Shown here: piece after piece, positions 27,560 to 35,432 of the stretch
How positions within the stretch are numbered: the stretch's first letter is position 1
Layout: every line of letters begins with the position of its first letter
Assembly (NCBI GenBank): GCA_037445915.1
Contig: JBBIJQ010000019.1
Coordinates: 1-35,432, forward strand
Direction of reading: 5' to 3'
Source: Planctomycetales bacterium
GTDB taxonomy: Bacteria > 4484-113
DNA: 35,432 nt
Notes under the pieces: model-generated
Seen by the model: only the letters and a program-made list of their open reading frames with translations
What the model was told of the DNA's origin: nothing
Databases searched by the model: none
Position numbers and translations under genes: made by a program

Positions 27560-28818
27560 GCGCGCAGCAGCAGCGACGAGCCGTGGGCAACGGCAACAGG
27601 ATGCTGCGTATGCGCCAGCATCCACGACGCCTTGAGCGATGCCTTCTCCGGCGGCACATGCGACATACCCCACTGCTCCACGATTTGCGCCGGCAGATCC
27701 GCCACCATCGTGATGTCATATTTGCGCGCAAGCGTGCGCAGGGAAAGCGCGATGTGCGCGATGGGTTGGTAGCCGTGTTGGAGTTGTTCCAGCGTCTCGC
27801 GCAAGCTCAGGGCGCACCAGTGTTCAAAGTGGGGATGACCCAGCCCATTGGGGCACTGCGCGAAGAAGAGAATGCGCGCCCGGTGCGCCAGGCTGCCCTG
27901 AGAGTGCTTCAGCGCTTTGTGCGCCTGGTAAAGCGAGATATCACGGGGATTCCCGCCAGCGGAGAGCAACAGCAGTTCAGGTTCATGGGGCAGTTCGCAG
28001 CGGAAATGCGCGTCAACGAATGCGCTGCAGGCTTCATGCGCGGCGACGGGCGCGCCTGCGGCGAAGAATGCCGGGTCGCGGTCTTCAGCCAGCACCGTAT
28101 TGATGATGAACACAGGAGGAAGCAGCGGGAGCACTTCGCGAAAGTCTTCCTGCACCGGATTGCCTGCGAGCGCGCCAGGGGCAACGCCATCGGCAAAGCG
28201 CAGCGCGGGAATGTCCAGGCACAAGCCGTGGTTGGCGATGACCGAATCAAAGCCCGCGAGGCCGGGGAAGACCGCCTTCACACCGCCGGTGAAGCCCGCG
28301 AAGTAATGGTAGCCGACAGCGCCGGTAGCGATGATGAGGCTTGCTTCAGTAGCGAGCTTGTTCAGGACAAAAGGCGTGCCGTGCGTGCTCGTGCCAAGTC
28401 GCACCAGCGAGCTTTCATCGCGGCAGTCGTGAATAATGACTTCGCCTCTGATGCCGAGGTAATCGGCGATGCTGTCTACGGGCGGGGCTGAGTGCGTGCC
28501 AGTCGCCATGATGATACGCAGCGCAGCGCTTGCGCGCATGTTAGCGCGGATGTGTTGGAGCAGCGCGGGAAGCCACTGCGGGTATGCCACGCAGCGCGTG
28601 GGGTCGCTCACGATGAGCAAAACGCTGTCAGCCTGTGCAAGTTGCGCAGAAAGCGGCGCGCAGCCGACAGGAGCTTCGGTAGCGGCAATCGCGGCGGCTG
28701 CGCAGTCCGTGAGCGGACGCAGCGGCTTTGCCTGCGCGATGAAAAGGCCGCTTGCGGCGGATTGCGGGATTTCCAGCGGGATTGACCCGCGCCCGTATGG
28801 CATCTCCAGCATCGGCAT
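27550..28818 (-). CDS. Nickel-dependent lactate racemase (LarA) family protein
   Basis: IVSDPTR, ATGTH, HDC, YHYFAGFTGGVK.VFPG, IANH, LYQAHK; start likely ATG 28818, 7 nt after TACAAT (track start is 28827). Confidence 0.88.
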   Translation of the reverse strand: MPMLEMPYGRGSIPLEIPQSAASGLFIAQAKPLRPLTDCAAAAIAATEAPVGCAPLSAQLAQADSVLLIVSDPTRCVAYPQWLPALLQHIRANMRASAALRIIMATGTHSAPPVDSIADYLGIRGEVIIHDCRDESSLVRLGTSTHGTPFVLNKLATEASLIIATGAVGYHYFAGFTGGVKAVFPGLAGFDSVIANHGLCLDIPALRFADGVAPGALAGNPVQEDFREVLPLLPPVFIINTVLAEDRDPAFFAAGAPVAAHEACSAFVDAHFRCELPHEPELLLLSAGGNPRDISLYQAHKALKHSQGSLAHRARILFFAQCPNGLGHPHFEHWCALSLRETLEQLQHGYQPIAHIALSLRTLARKYDITMVADLPAQIVEQWGMSHVPPEKASLKASWMLAHTQHPVAVAHGSSLLLRALQ

Positions 28819-28859
28819 ACCGGACATTGTAACGCCAGCGCGGTCTGGGCGGGAGGCTT

Positions 28860-28868
28860 TGGTATAAT
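28860..28868 (+). promoter_or_regulatory. Extended -10 element (TGGTATAAT)
   Basis: Perfect TGnTATAAT, divergent from the LarA-family gene. Confidence 0.65.
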
Positions 28869-28881
28869 CAGGCTTCTCCGA

Positions 28882-28977
28882 ATGCTTGAAATTCGCAGAA
28901 ACACCAGCCTCATCCAGCTTGGCAAAAATGCCCTACTGCGCGCGCCTGGCCTTGAACCTGCGCCTGGGGGGGTATAA
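28882..28977 (+). CDS. Possible 31-aa small ORF (MLEIRRNTSLIQLGKNALLRAPGLEPAPGGV)
   Basis: ATG 13 nt after the -10; its TAA directly abuts the in-frame GTG of the reductase; no homology recognised. Confidence 0.3.
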   Translation: MLEIRRNTSLIQLGKNALLRAPGLEPAPGGV

Positions 28978-29889
28978 GTGCGCTCTTCTGACCTTGCCAT
29001 AATCGGGGCTGGGCCTGCCGGGCTGGCAGCAGCGCTGCAAGCGCGAAGAGACGCAACCGAGGCGATCATCGTAGCCGACGAGCCTCCAGGCGGGCTAATC
29101 GGGGCGGCGCGGATGCTGAACAACCTGCCCGGCTTCCCGGGCGGCATAACAGGCCAGGAATACCAGCGCAAGCTGGCAGCGCAAGCCGGCGAAGCAGGGC
29201 TTGAAATAGCGCATGACAAGGCTGTTCGCTGCGTGAAGGGCGGACGCGGCTATTTCATAGAGACCGAAGCAGGCGGCACCATCAGTTGCCGGTGCTTGAT
29301 ACTCGCATGCGGCACCGAGCCGATTCCCTTTACCCTGCATGGCCTTAACCACGCAGAGGAAGGCGGCAGATTCCACCGCGATGTGCGGACGCTGCCCAAA
29401 GATTTGAGTGGCGCGGCGGTGGCTGTAATCGGCGGTGGTGAAGCCGCCCTAGATTCAGCTCTGACAGTCAGGGACCGGGGCGGGAAAGCGACGGTGCTAG
29501 CTAGGGGGAGCCGATTGAGAAGCGCGCCGCTGCTGGAACGAATGGTGGAGGAGGCTGGACTGGAGATTGTCTTCGGCTGCGTAATAACGCGGCTGGAAGT
29601 GTTGCCGGACTGCCAGCTTCAAGTGAAACTTGAAAGGAACGGCGATAGCTGGCGTAAGCAATGCGATTACTTGCTGGCCTGCATCGGCCGCCAGCCGCGC
29701 TTGGAGCTTTGGTCGCAACTGGGCGGGCAAAGCGTTCCTGCCGGCGTTATCACCGGGTTGCCGGGCGTACTTGCTGCCGGTGATTTGATTCGCAGCCGCG
29801 ACCGTTATGTGGTCCCAGCCCAGGGCGACGGAGCGGTTGCGGCCTGCGCTGCGGCGGAGTATCTTTCCTCCCAAGGGATTGCCCGCTAA
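28978..29889 (+). CDS. NAD(P)/FAD-dependent oxidoreductase, TrxB fold, no CxxC
   Basis: IIGAGPAG, NLPGFP, ILACG, VIGGGEAA, AAGD; RFHRDVR occupies the usual CxxC position. Confidence 0.9.
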   Translation: MRSSDLAIIGAGPAGLAAALQARRDATEAIIVADEPPGGLIGAARMLNNLPGFPGGITGQEYQRKLAAQAGEAGLEIAHDKAVRCVKGGRGYFIETEAGGTISCRCLILACGTEPIPFTLHGLNHAEEGGRFHRDVRTLPKDLSGAAVAVIGGGEAALDSALTVRDRGGKATVLARGSRLRSAPLLERMVEEAGLEIVFGCVITRLEVLPDCQLQVKLERNGDSWRKQCDYLLACIGRQPRLELWSQLGGQSVPAGVITGLPGVLAAGDLIRSRDRYVVPAQGDGAVAACAAAEYLSSQGIAR

Positions 29890-30018
29890 TAAGCGTTTGA
29901 ACTGTGAAACATCCAAAATGGGGATCTGCGGCCTGAATCATTACTATAAAGACTCTCGCAGCGGCAACCTATACAATGAGCGTGTGCTAACATCAACCAA
30001 TTCAGGAGCGTGTCGCGT

Positions 30019-30996
30019 ATGCAGCCGGGCAACCAGATCAACCAGCCGTTAGGCGTCTTCAAAGCCAAGGGCGCGGAGATAGACATTCTCTCCCATTCCG
30101 GGAGGGAAGACGTGGCGGAAGTATTCGTCGGAGCGATGCGAAACAGCCATAAGTACTGCATTGAATTCGTGGATGGGCTGGATACGCGCTTTCCGCGCGA
30201 GGACAAGTGGATCATCAACATCTCTACGCAATTCGGCTGCCCTGTTGGCTGCGCCTTTTGCGACGCGGGAGGGGAGTATCACGGCAACCTGACCGCCGAC
30301 GAGATGCTGGCACAGGTGGAGTTCATCATGGGCCGCCACCCGGAGCTGGTTTCAACATGCGGCAAGCTCAAAGTCCATTTCGCCCGCATGGGGGAGCCCG
30401 CACTCAACCCTGCGGTGCCGGACGCGATAGCCGCGCTGCCCGCGATGGGCGGCAACCCGAACCTGTGGTGCTGCGTGGCGACTATTGCGCCTGCCGGGCA
30501 GGAGGATTGGTTTGAGCGCTTGTTGCAGGCCAAGAATGAACATTTCCGGGGGCGGTTCCAACTGCAATTCTCTATCAACTCCACCGACGAGGAAAGCAGG
30601 AAAAGGCTTATGCCCTACCGCGCCTGGAGCATGGAGCAAGTGGCGGCCTACGGCGAACGCTTCTTTGATGCGGGCGACAGGAGGGTTGTGCTCAACTTCG
30701 CGCTCGCGGGCGGCATTCCCTTTGAACCGAAAGACATAAACCGCCACTTTGACCCCCGCTGCTTTGCCGTCAAGCTGTCGCCGGTTAATCCCACTTACCG
30801 AGGCAGCATGGCCGGCCTGGAGACGGTCCTCCGATCGGAAGCAGAGGGCCGGCTGGAAGAAGACATCAGTTTCCTTGCTGGCAAAGGCTATGACGTGGTT
30901 GTCAGCGTGGGAGACGGGCGAGAGGACGAAATCGGCTCTAACTGCGGCCAGGCTGTCCTCCGCCAAAGGGAGATGCAAGAAGCGCAGCGCAGATGA
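30019..30996 (+). CDS. RlmN/Cfr-like radical SAM protein lacking the N-terminal domain
   Basis: STQFGCPVGCAFC (CxxxCxxC), MGEP, SIN, C-terminal IGSNCGQ; AGGAG at 30004-30008 supports ATG 30019. Confidence 0.9.
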   Translation: MQPGNQINQPLGVFKAKGAEIDILSHSGREDVAEVFVGAMRNSHKYCIEFVDGLDTRFPREDKWIINISTQFGCPVGCAFCDAGGEYHGNLTADEMLAQVEFIMGRHPELVSTCGKLKVHFARMGEPALNPAVPDAIAALPAMGGNPNLWCCVATIAPAGQEDWFERLLQAKNEHFRGRFQLQFSINSTDEESRKRLMPYRAWSMEQVAAYGERFFDAGDRRVVLNFALAGGIPFEPKDINRHFDPRCFAVKLSPVNPTYRGSMAGLETVLRSEAEGRLEEDISFLAGKGYDVVVSVGDGREDEIGSNCGQAVLRQREMQEAQRR

Positions 30997-31040
30997 GCGC
31001 AGCTTCGGCGACGCGTTTTGGTATAATTTCGCTTCCTGTA

Positions 31041-31523
31041 ATGCTGAAATTTAGCTGGAATATCAGCCACAGCCCGAGCCTTAGGCGGGAGGTGGAGCGC
31101 AAGCTTCTTGACGCTGCCCATGCGATAGGAATGCGCGACGAGGACGAAGCAACTATCACCGTCTGCGCCGACCGCCGCATCGCGACGCTAAACGCGCGCT
31201 ACCGCAAGAAGAACGAGACGACCGACGTGCTATCTTTTCCCTGCGACACGCCATTGCTCGCGCCCGGCAAGCATACATCCATCGCCAAGAAGCAGCCGCC
31301 AAGGCTGCTGGGAGATATATTCGTGAATCTTCGCCAAATTGAGCGGCAGGCCAGGCGCAACGGAAACTGCGTTGCCGACGAGATGGCTGCTGTCGCTGTG
31401 CACGGGATGCTGCACCTGCTTGGGCTTGGGCATGACGGCAAAGCTGACACGGAAAAGATGCTCACGGAGGAAAAGCGGCTGTTTAAGCACGCATCCATCA
31501 AGGTGGTAGAGTTTGGACACTGA
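31041..31523 (+). CDS. ybeY: rRNA maturation endoribonuclease YbeY
   Basis: LNARYR...TDVLSFP, LGDI, HGMLHLLGLGH (H-x3-H-x5-H); start set at ATG 31041 after TGGTATAAT (31019-31027). Confidence 0.92.
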   Translation: MLKFSWNISHSPSLRREVERKLLDAAHAIGMRDEDEATITVCADRRIATLNARYRKKNETTDVLSFPCDTPLLAPGKHTSIAKKQPPRLLGDIFVNLRQIERQARRNGNCVADEMAAVAVHGMLHLLGLGHDGKADTEKMLTEEKRLFKHASIKVVEFGH

Positions 31524-32796
31524 CCCGGCAAGTCTTATTTTCCTTGCCGCCTGCGCTATCGCGGGCGTCGCAAGCCTAGTCATCTTCGCATTTACTTCCG
31601 CAGCGCTGGCGAGCTTCCTGAGCCTTGACCCGGCCAACATCTCACCGTTCAAGGAAGACGACGAGCCCAAGAGCTACCGCGCCATCAGGGCATTACTCCG
31701 GCATACTTCGCACACCATCGTTGCATTCTCCACATTGCAGTTTGCCAGCTTCTCCACGGCATTGCTACTCATATTCCTTGTTATATTTCACGCCTTGGGG
31801 ATAGTTGCGCTGGCGCTTTGGGCGCAGGCTCTTGTCGGCGCGGTTGTGCTGATAGTTCTGGCGAATATCTTTATTTACGCAGGGCATACTCTCCCGCTTA
31901 TGCAGCTTTCCAAGCCCGAGTTTATTATCAAGAACGCAAGCCTGGTCAGCTTCGCATATGCGCTCATGTATCCCGCATCAGCGCTGCTACTCAAAACCGC
32001 GGGGTCGGTTGGCGAGACCGAAGCCATCGCCGACGCGATGAAGATGGACGACTTCACCGTTTACGCGGAAACTGCGCCGGTGGAGGACGAGCTTGAAGAT
32101 GAAGAGAGGGAGATGATATCCGCCATCGTTGAGATGGGCGAGACGATGGTGCGCGAGATTATGACGCCGCGCATTGATATAATCGCGCTGGATGCGGACG
32201 ATCCTGCGCAGGAGAGCATCAAAGCGATACTTGATTCTACTTATTCACGCTTCCCCGTTTACGAGGGGACGATAGACAACATCGTAGGCGTGCTTCACAT
32301 ACGCGACTTGATGGTTGAGCTGAATTCCAAGCGCCCCGAGGACATTAACATCCGCCAGCTTGCGCAGGAGGCTATCTACATTCCCGAAACCAAGCGCATT
32401 GACGAGCTGCTCCAGGATTTGCGGAAGGAACGCAAACACCTCGTAGTCGTGGCCGATGAATATGGCGGGACGGCAGGCATAGTCACGATTGAGGACGTGC
32501 TTGAGGAAATCGTCGGCGAGATACAAGACGAGTTTGACGACGAAGCCAAGGGCATCTACGCAAAGGACGACGGCAGCTTCGTCATCAACCCTGCGCTCGC
32601 GATTGAAGAAGTCAACGAGGAGCTGGGGATTGAACTTGACCCCGCTGGCAGCGATACGCTGGGCGGGCTGCTTCTCGCCAAGTTCGGGCGCATCCCGCGC
32701 CAGGGCGACGTCATACACATTGACGGCGTGCGCATCACCATCTTGAACGTCGTCAAGAACCGCATCAAGCTCGTGCGGGCGGAAATCAGGCGATAA
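31513..32796 (+). CDS. Hemolysin/CorC family protein (CNNM-like TM domain, CBS pair, CorC_HlyC)
   Basis: Hydrophobic N-terminus, [51 protein letters not shown] start overlaps ybeY, a common pairing. Confidence 0.92.
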   Translation: MDTDPASLIFLAACAIAGVASLVIFAFTSAALASFLSLDPANISPFKEDDEPKSYRAIRALLRHTSHTIVAFSTLQFASFSTALLLIFLVIFHALGIVALALWAQALVGAVVLIVLANIFIYAGHTLPLMQLSKPEFIIKNASLVSFAYALMYPASALLLKTAGSVGETEAIADAMKMDDFTVYAETAPVEDELEDEEREMISAIVEMGETMVREIMTPRIDIIALDADDPAQESIKAILDSTYSRFPVYEGTIDNIVGVLHIRDLMVELNSKRPEDINIRQLAQEAIYIPETKRIDELLQDLRKERKHLVVVADEYGGTAGIVTIEDVLEEIVGEIQDEFDDEAKGIYAKDDGSFVINPALAIEEVNEELGIELDPAGSDTLGGLLLAKFGRIPRQGDVIHIDGVRITILNVVKNRIKLVRAEIRR

Positions 32797-32808
32797 CCAG
32801 CAATCCTA

Positions 32809-35432
32809 CTAAGGCCACATTTCGGGAGCCGCGAATCCGAGATAAGCATCGCTGCCGATCTCTTTCCTGAAAGTGCAAACGGGCTTGTCTAAGTAGAGTA
32901 ATGCACGGTTGGACCTTATCCCGGAGTTAAGCAGCGCCGGTTGGATAACCCATTCGCCCAAACCGTCAGCCTGCCGGTTAACCGCGTAGTAAACGTGACT
33001 ACCATCATGCAAGCGGTAGAGAACCGCCGGATACCCATTAACAACCGCAAGCGAAACGTAATAGCCAATTTCGCGCAAATCAACTTGGCTATGCGACCAG
33101 GCGCCGCTTCCATTAGGCTGTGAGTTGATGGAGTACAACAGAGTATCTCCATCCTCGCTAAGGTAAACAACCGCCGGGCGCCCGCCAACGAGCGCCGCGC
33201 TTGTTGAGCCGCCCGCATTAGCCTTTACGGTGTTAACAGTCCAAATTCCGCTGCCGTCCGGTGTGTCGCAAGTTGCGAACCTGACTTCGTCTATGTCATG
33301 GGCGTTAAAAGTTATCCCCGGGCAGCCGTTGCCCAGCTCAATAAGCGAGGTGTAGTAAGCGCCATTACCATCAGCAGTAACCGGATACAGCGTCCACGCG
33401 CCCGCGGCATACTGGTCGCTGTTGATGGCGAACCAAAGGTCTAAAGAATCCGTCTCGTACGCTACTGCGGGATAGCCTCCCAATCCCGCGACGCTCGGGT
33501 CATACCGCCCGTCGGGGTCAACAATGGTGACATTCCAAACCCCTGATCCGTTTTCATTGGGGCACATAGCGAATGCAACCATGTCCATGGAATCAAGCAG
33601 ATAAGCGGCGGCAGGCCTGTTATTGATTATCCCGCCGCTGAGCCAATCTCCTGCATTTGAAGCGCCAACATCCACCGGCGATATTGTCCAGGCTCCCATG
33701 CCGTCTGCGGAATCGCTGGAAGCGAAATAGACATCAAAGTTAACCTCGTCCTGGTAAATTACGCCGGGATGGCCATTGTTCAGCCGCATAATGGATGCAT
33801 AGTTTCCGACACGAGTGCTTGTAGCGTCGTCTATCACGTTTCGCTGCCAGAGGGTGGATGGCTGAATCGTGCCGCTTATCTTGTAGATTCCGCTGCCTAT
33901 ATCAGGATAGACACGTAGGTAGAACGGAGTGGGGTCCCCCAGTTGAACCTCCCAAGAAAGGCCATCCGGGCTTGTCGAGTCCGCTAAAACAGACCCATAT
34001 GCATCCAAGAGCTCTGCCCTTACACTAAGATCATAAGACATAGGCTGGGCGTCCAGCATAACGAGGTCTCCGGGCTGAATGTCAAAAACAAGATAATCGT
34101 CGCTGTCGCCGTCATAGCCGCCGGGGCCTATGCTCCCATAGAACTCCGACAGGGGGAAGGATATCTCGTTCGCGGCCCCCATATCATCGTTATTTTCAAC
34201 CTCATCCAATAACCGTTTGGAAACTTCTATGTCCAGCCGGTAATCCCCGCTTGTTGCCGATGAGGAACCCCAGTAGCCACAAACGAGATAATATGTATCA
34301 GCATATCCGCAAGTGTAATCAAGCGCCCTGCGGGTTGAATCAAGCTCCAAATCGCCTGCAAGCAGGTTTCCTACGGAATTGTAAAGCATCATACCCATAT
34401 ATGGCTCTTCGGCAGCCTTACGCATTGTTACTTGAATGCGGTCGCCAACGTCTGCATTGAAGCTGAAGAAATCCTCCATATCCGTGCCTTCAGTTAGATT
34501 GCAGTACCAGCCCCCAATGGGGAACGCAGGAAGCGGGTTGGCGCTGGCGGCATCGTTGTTTGGCTCCGTTTCGTCATACATCGTCGGGTCTTTCACCTTT
34601 AGGTCAAAGTCGTATGTGTCGCTCCCGAACGGGTTGGTTACGGTCAGGTTGATGGGGAAGGTCGTCAGCGTATCCGTAATCACTACTTGTGGCCGCGCAA
34701 GGTTGCTCACGCTGGGCGTCGCGGCATCGCCGAAGTCCCAGGCGTACGACATCGGGCTTCCGCCGGTGACAGTTGATGAAAATGTGATTGTATCGCCTCC
34801 GTGGACTTGCGTTGGCCCGGCGTTGAGGATGACCGGCGGGTCAAGGCTGCTGTAAACTGAGAGCGTAAACGGGTAAAGGACTGTCCCGTAGGCGTTGCTC
34901 ACCGAAACTGAAGCCATATCGTAAATACTAGGCGCGCCAAGCGTGACCGTCGGGCTTTCCTCGGTAGCGGTATCAGGAGTTGCGCCGCCAGCGAAGTCCC
35001 AATTGTAGGTGAACGGCGCATCGCCCGTAACCGCCGCAGAAAACTGGGTTGCCGCGCCTGTCAGCCCGAGTAGCGGGGCCACCCCGCTGACAACCGGCGG
35101 ATTGCCGATTGCGACAACGAAATCAAGGGTATCCGAACCAGAAGCGTTGGAGACTTCAAGCGAGCAGTTGTAGTTGCCGGAAGGGCCGATGGACAGGGTT
35201 ACCATCGGCTGTTCATCTGTGCTTGAGTCGGGCGAAGCAGCGTCAAAGAAGCGCCAGTTATATGTGAACGGCGCTATTCCATTGACGACCGCCTGGAAGG
35301 TTACAGACGAGCCAAGCGCGCCCTGAAGCGGCGAAACTGACACAATCTCCGGCAGCGAGCCTGGCCCGCCGAAGTTTAAAGCATCGCTGGGAACGCCATC
35401 CATGCCTTCATTGTCCAGCGGCACCACCCGCA
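32809..35432 (-). CDS. Large extracellular protein, 5' end outside the window: PKD repeats, two PPC-like domains, C-terminal beta-propeller
   Basis: YNWRF/YNWDF/YAWDFGD PKD motifs with V.N..GSD; DETEPNND and DEVENNDD modules; six G.W repeats; very acidic composition. Confidence 0.85.
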   Translation of the reverse strand, partial: RVVPLDNEGMDGVPSDALNFGGPGSLPEIVSVSPLQGALGSSVTFQAVVNGIAPFTYNWRFFDAASPDSSTDEQPMVTLSIGPSGNYNCSLEVSNASGSDTLDFVVAIGNPPVVSGVAPLLGLTGAATQFSAAVTGDAPFTYNWDFAGGATPDTATEESPTVTLGAPSIYDMASVSVSNAYGTVLYPFTLSVYSSLDPPVILNAGPTQVHGGDTITFSSTVTGGSPMSYAWDFGDAATPSVSNLARPQVVITDTLTTFPINLTVTNPFGSDTYDFDLKVKDPTMYDETEPNNDAASANPLPAFPIGGWYCNLTEGTDMEDFFSFNADVGDRIQVTMRKAAEEPYMGMMLYNSVGNLLAGDLELDSTRRALDYTCGYADTYYLVCGYWGSSSATSGDYRLDIEVSKRLLDEVENNDDMGAANEISFPLSEFYGSIGPGGYDGDSDDYLVFDIQPGDLVMLDAQPMSYDLSVRAELLDAYGSVLADSTSPDGLSWEVQLGDPTPFYLRVYPDIGSGIYKISGTIQPSTLWQRNVIDDATSTRVGNYASIMRLNNGHPGVIYQDEVNFDVYFASSDSADGMGAWTISPVDVGASNAGDWLSGGIINNRPAAAYLLDSMDMVAFAMCPNENGSGVWNVTIVDPDGRYDPSVAGLGGYPAVAYETDSLDLWFAINSDQYAAGAWTLYPVTADGNGAYYTSLIELGNGCPGITFNAHDIDEVRFATCDTPDGSGIWTVNTVKANAGGSTSAALVGGRPAVVYLSEDGDTLLYSINSQPNGSGAWSHSQVDLREIGYYVSLAVVNGYPAVLYRLHDGSHVYYAVNRQADGLGEWVIQPALLNSGIRSNRALLYLDKPVCTFRKEIGSDAYLGFAAPEMWP

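Noticed and set aside
29807-30052. Short Cys-containing ORF between the reductase and the radical SAM gene as a precursor peptide
   Set aside because: No RBS, overlaps both neighbours, and spans the probable promoter (TGCTAACAT, 29985-29993)
31400-31433. YbeY motif ends GLGH instead of GYDH
   Set aside because: All three metal-binding His residues are present; minor drift

Overview
Bacterial chromosomal window, mostly housekeeping and signalling genes; I see no integrase, transposase, CRISPR array or phage gene. Left to right: two secreted proteins of unknown function (-), mutS2, an antitoxin/MazF-type toxin pair, pyrE, two convergent K+ uptake systems (KtrAB-like and TrkAH), an adaptor plus two MacB-like ABC permeases without an ATPase, rplU-rpmA, and transaldolase. 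Then come a ~10 kb four-gene phosphorelay (periplasmic-binding-protein/PAS kinase, stand-alone receiver, giant hybrid kinase, HD-GYP regulator), tRNA-Gln(CTG), a LarA-family protein, a CxxC-less TrxB-fold flavoreductase, an RlmN-like radical SAM enzyme, ybeY, a CBS/CorC protein and a partial PKD/propeller surface protein. Best leads: (1) the RlmN-like enzyme keeps the methyl-carrier Cys but lacks the resolving Cys and the N-terminal RNA-binding domain, and lies next to the CxxC-less reductase and a 31-codon ORF; (2) an orphan three-hairpin, terminator-ending RNA candidate lies in the divergent gap before mutS2; (3) extended -10 motifs sit right before many start codons, suggesting leaderless or near-leaderless mRNAs. 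All calls come from reading motifs by eye; no searches or folding programs were run.
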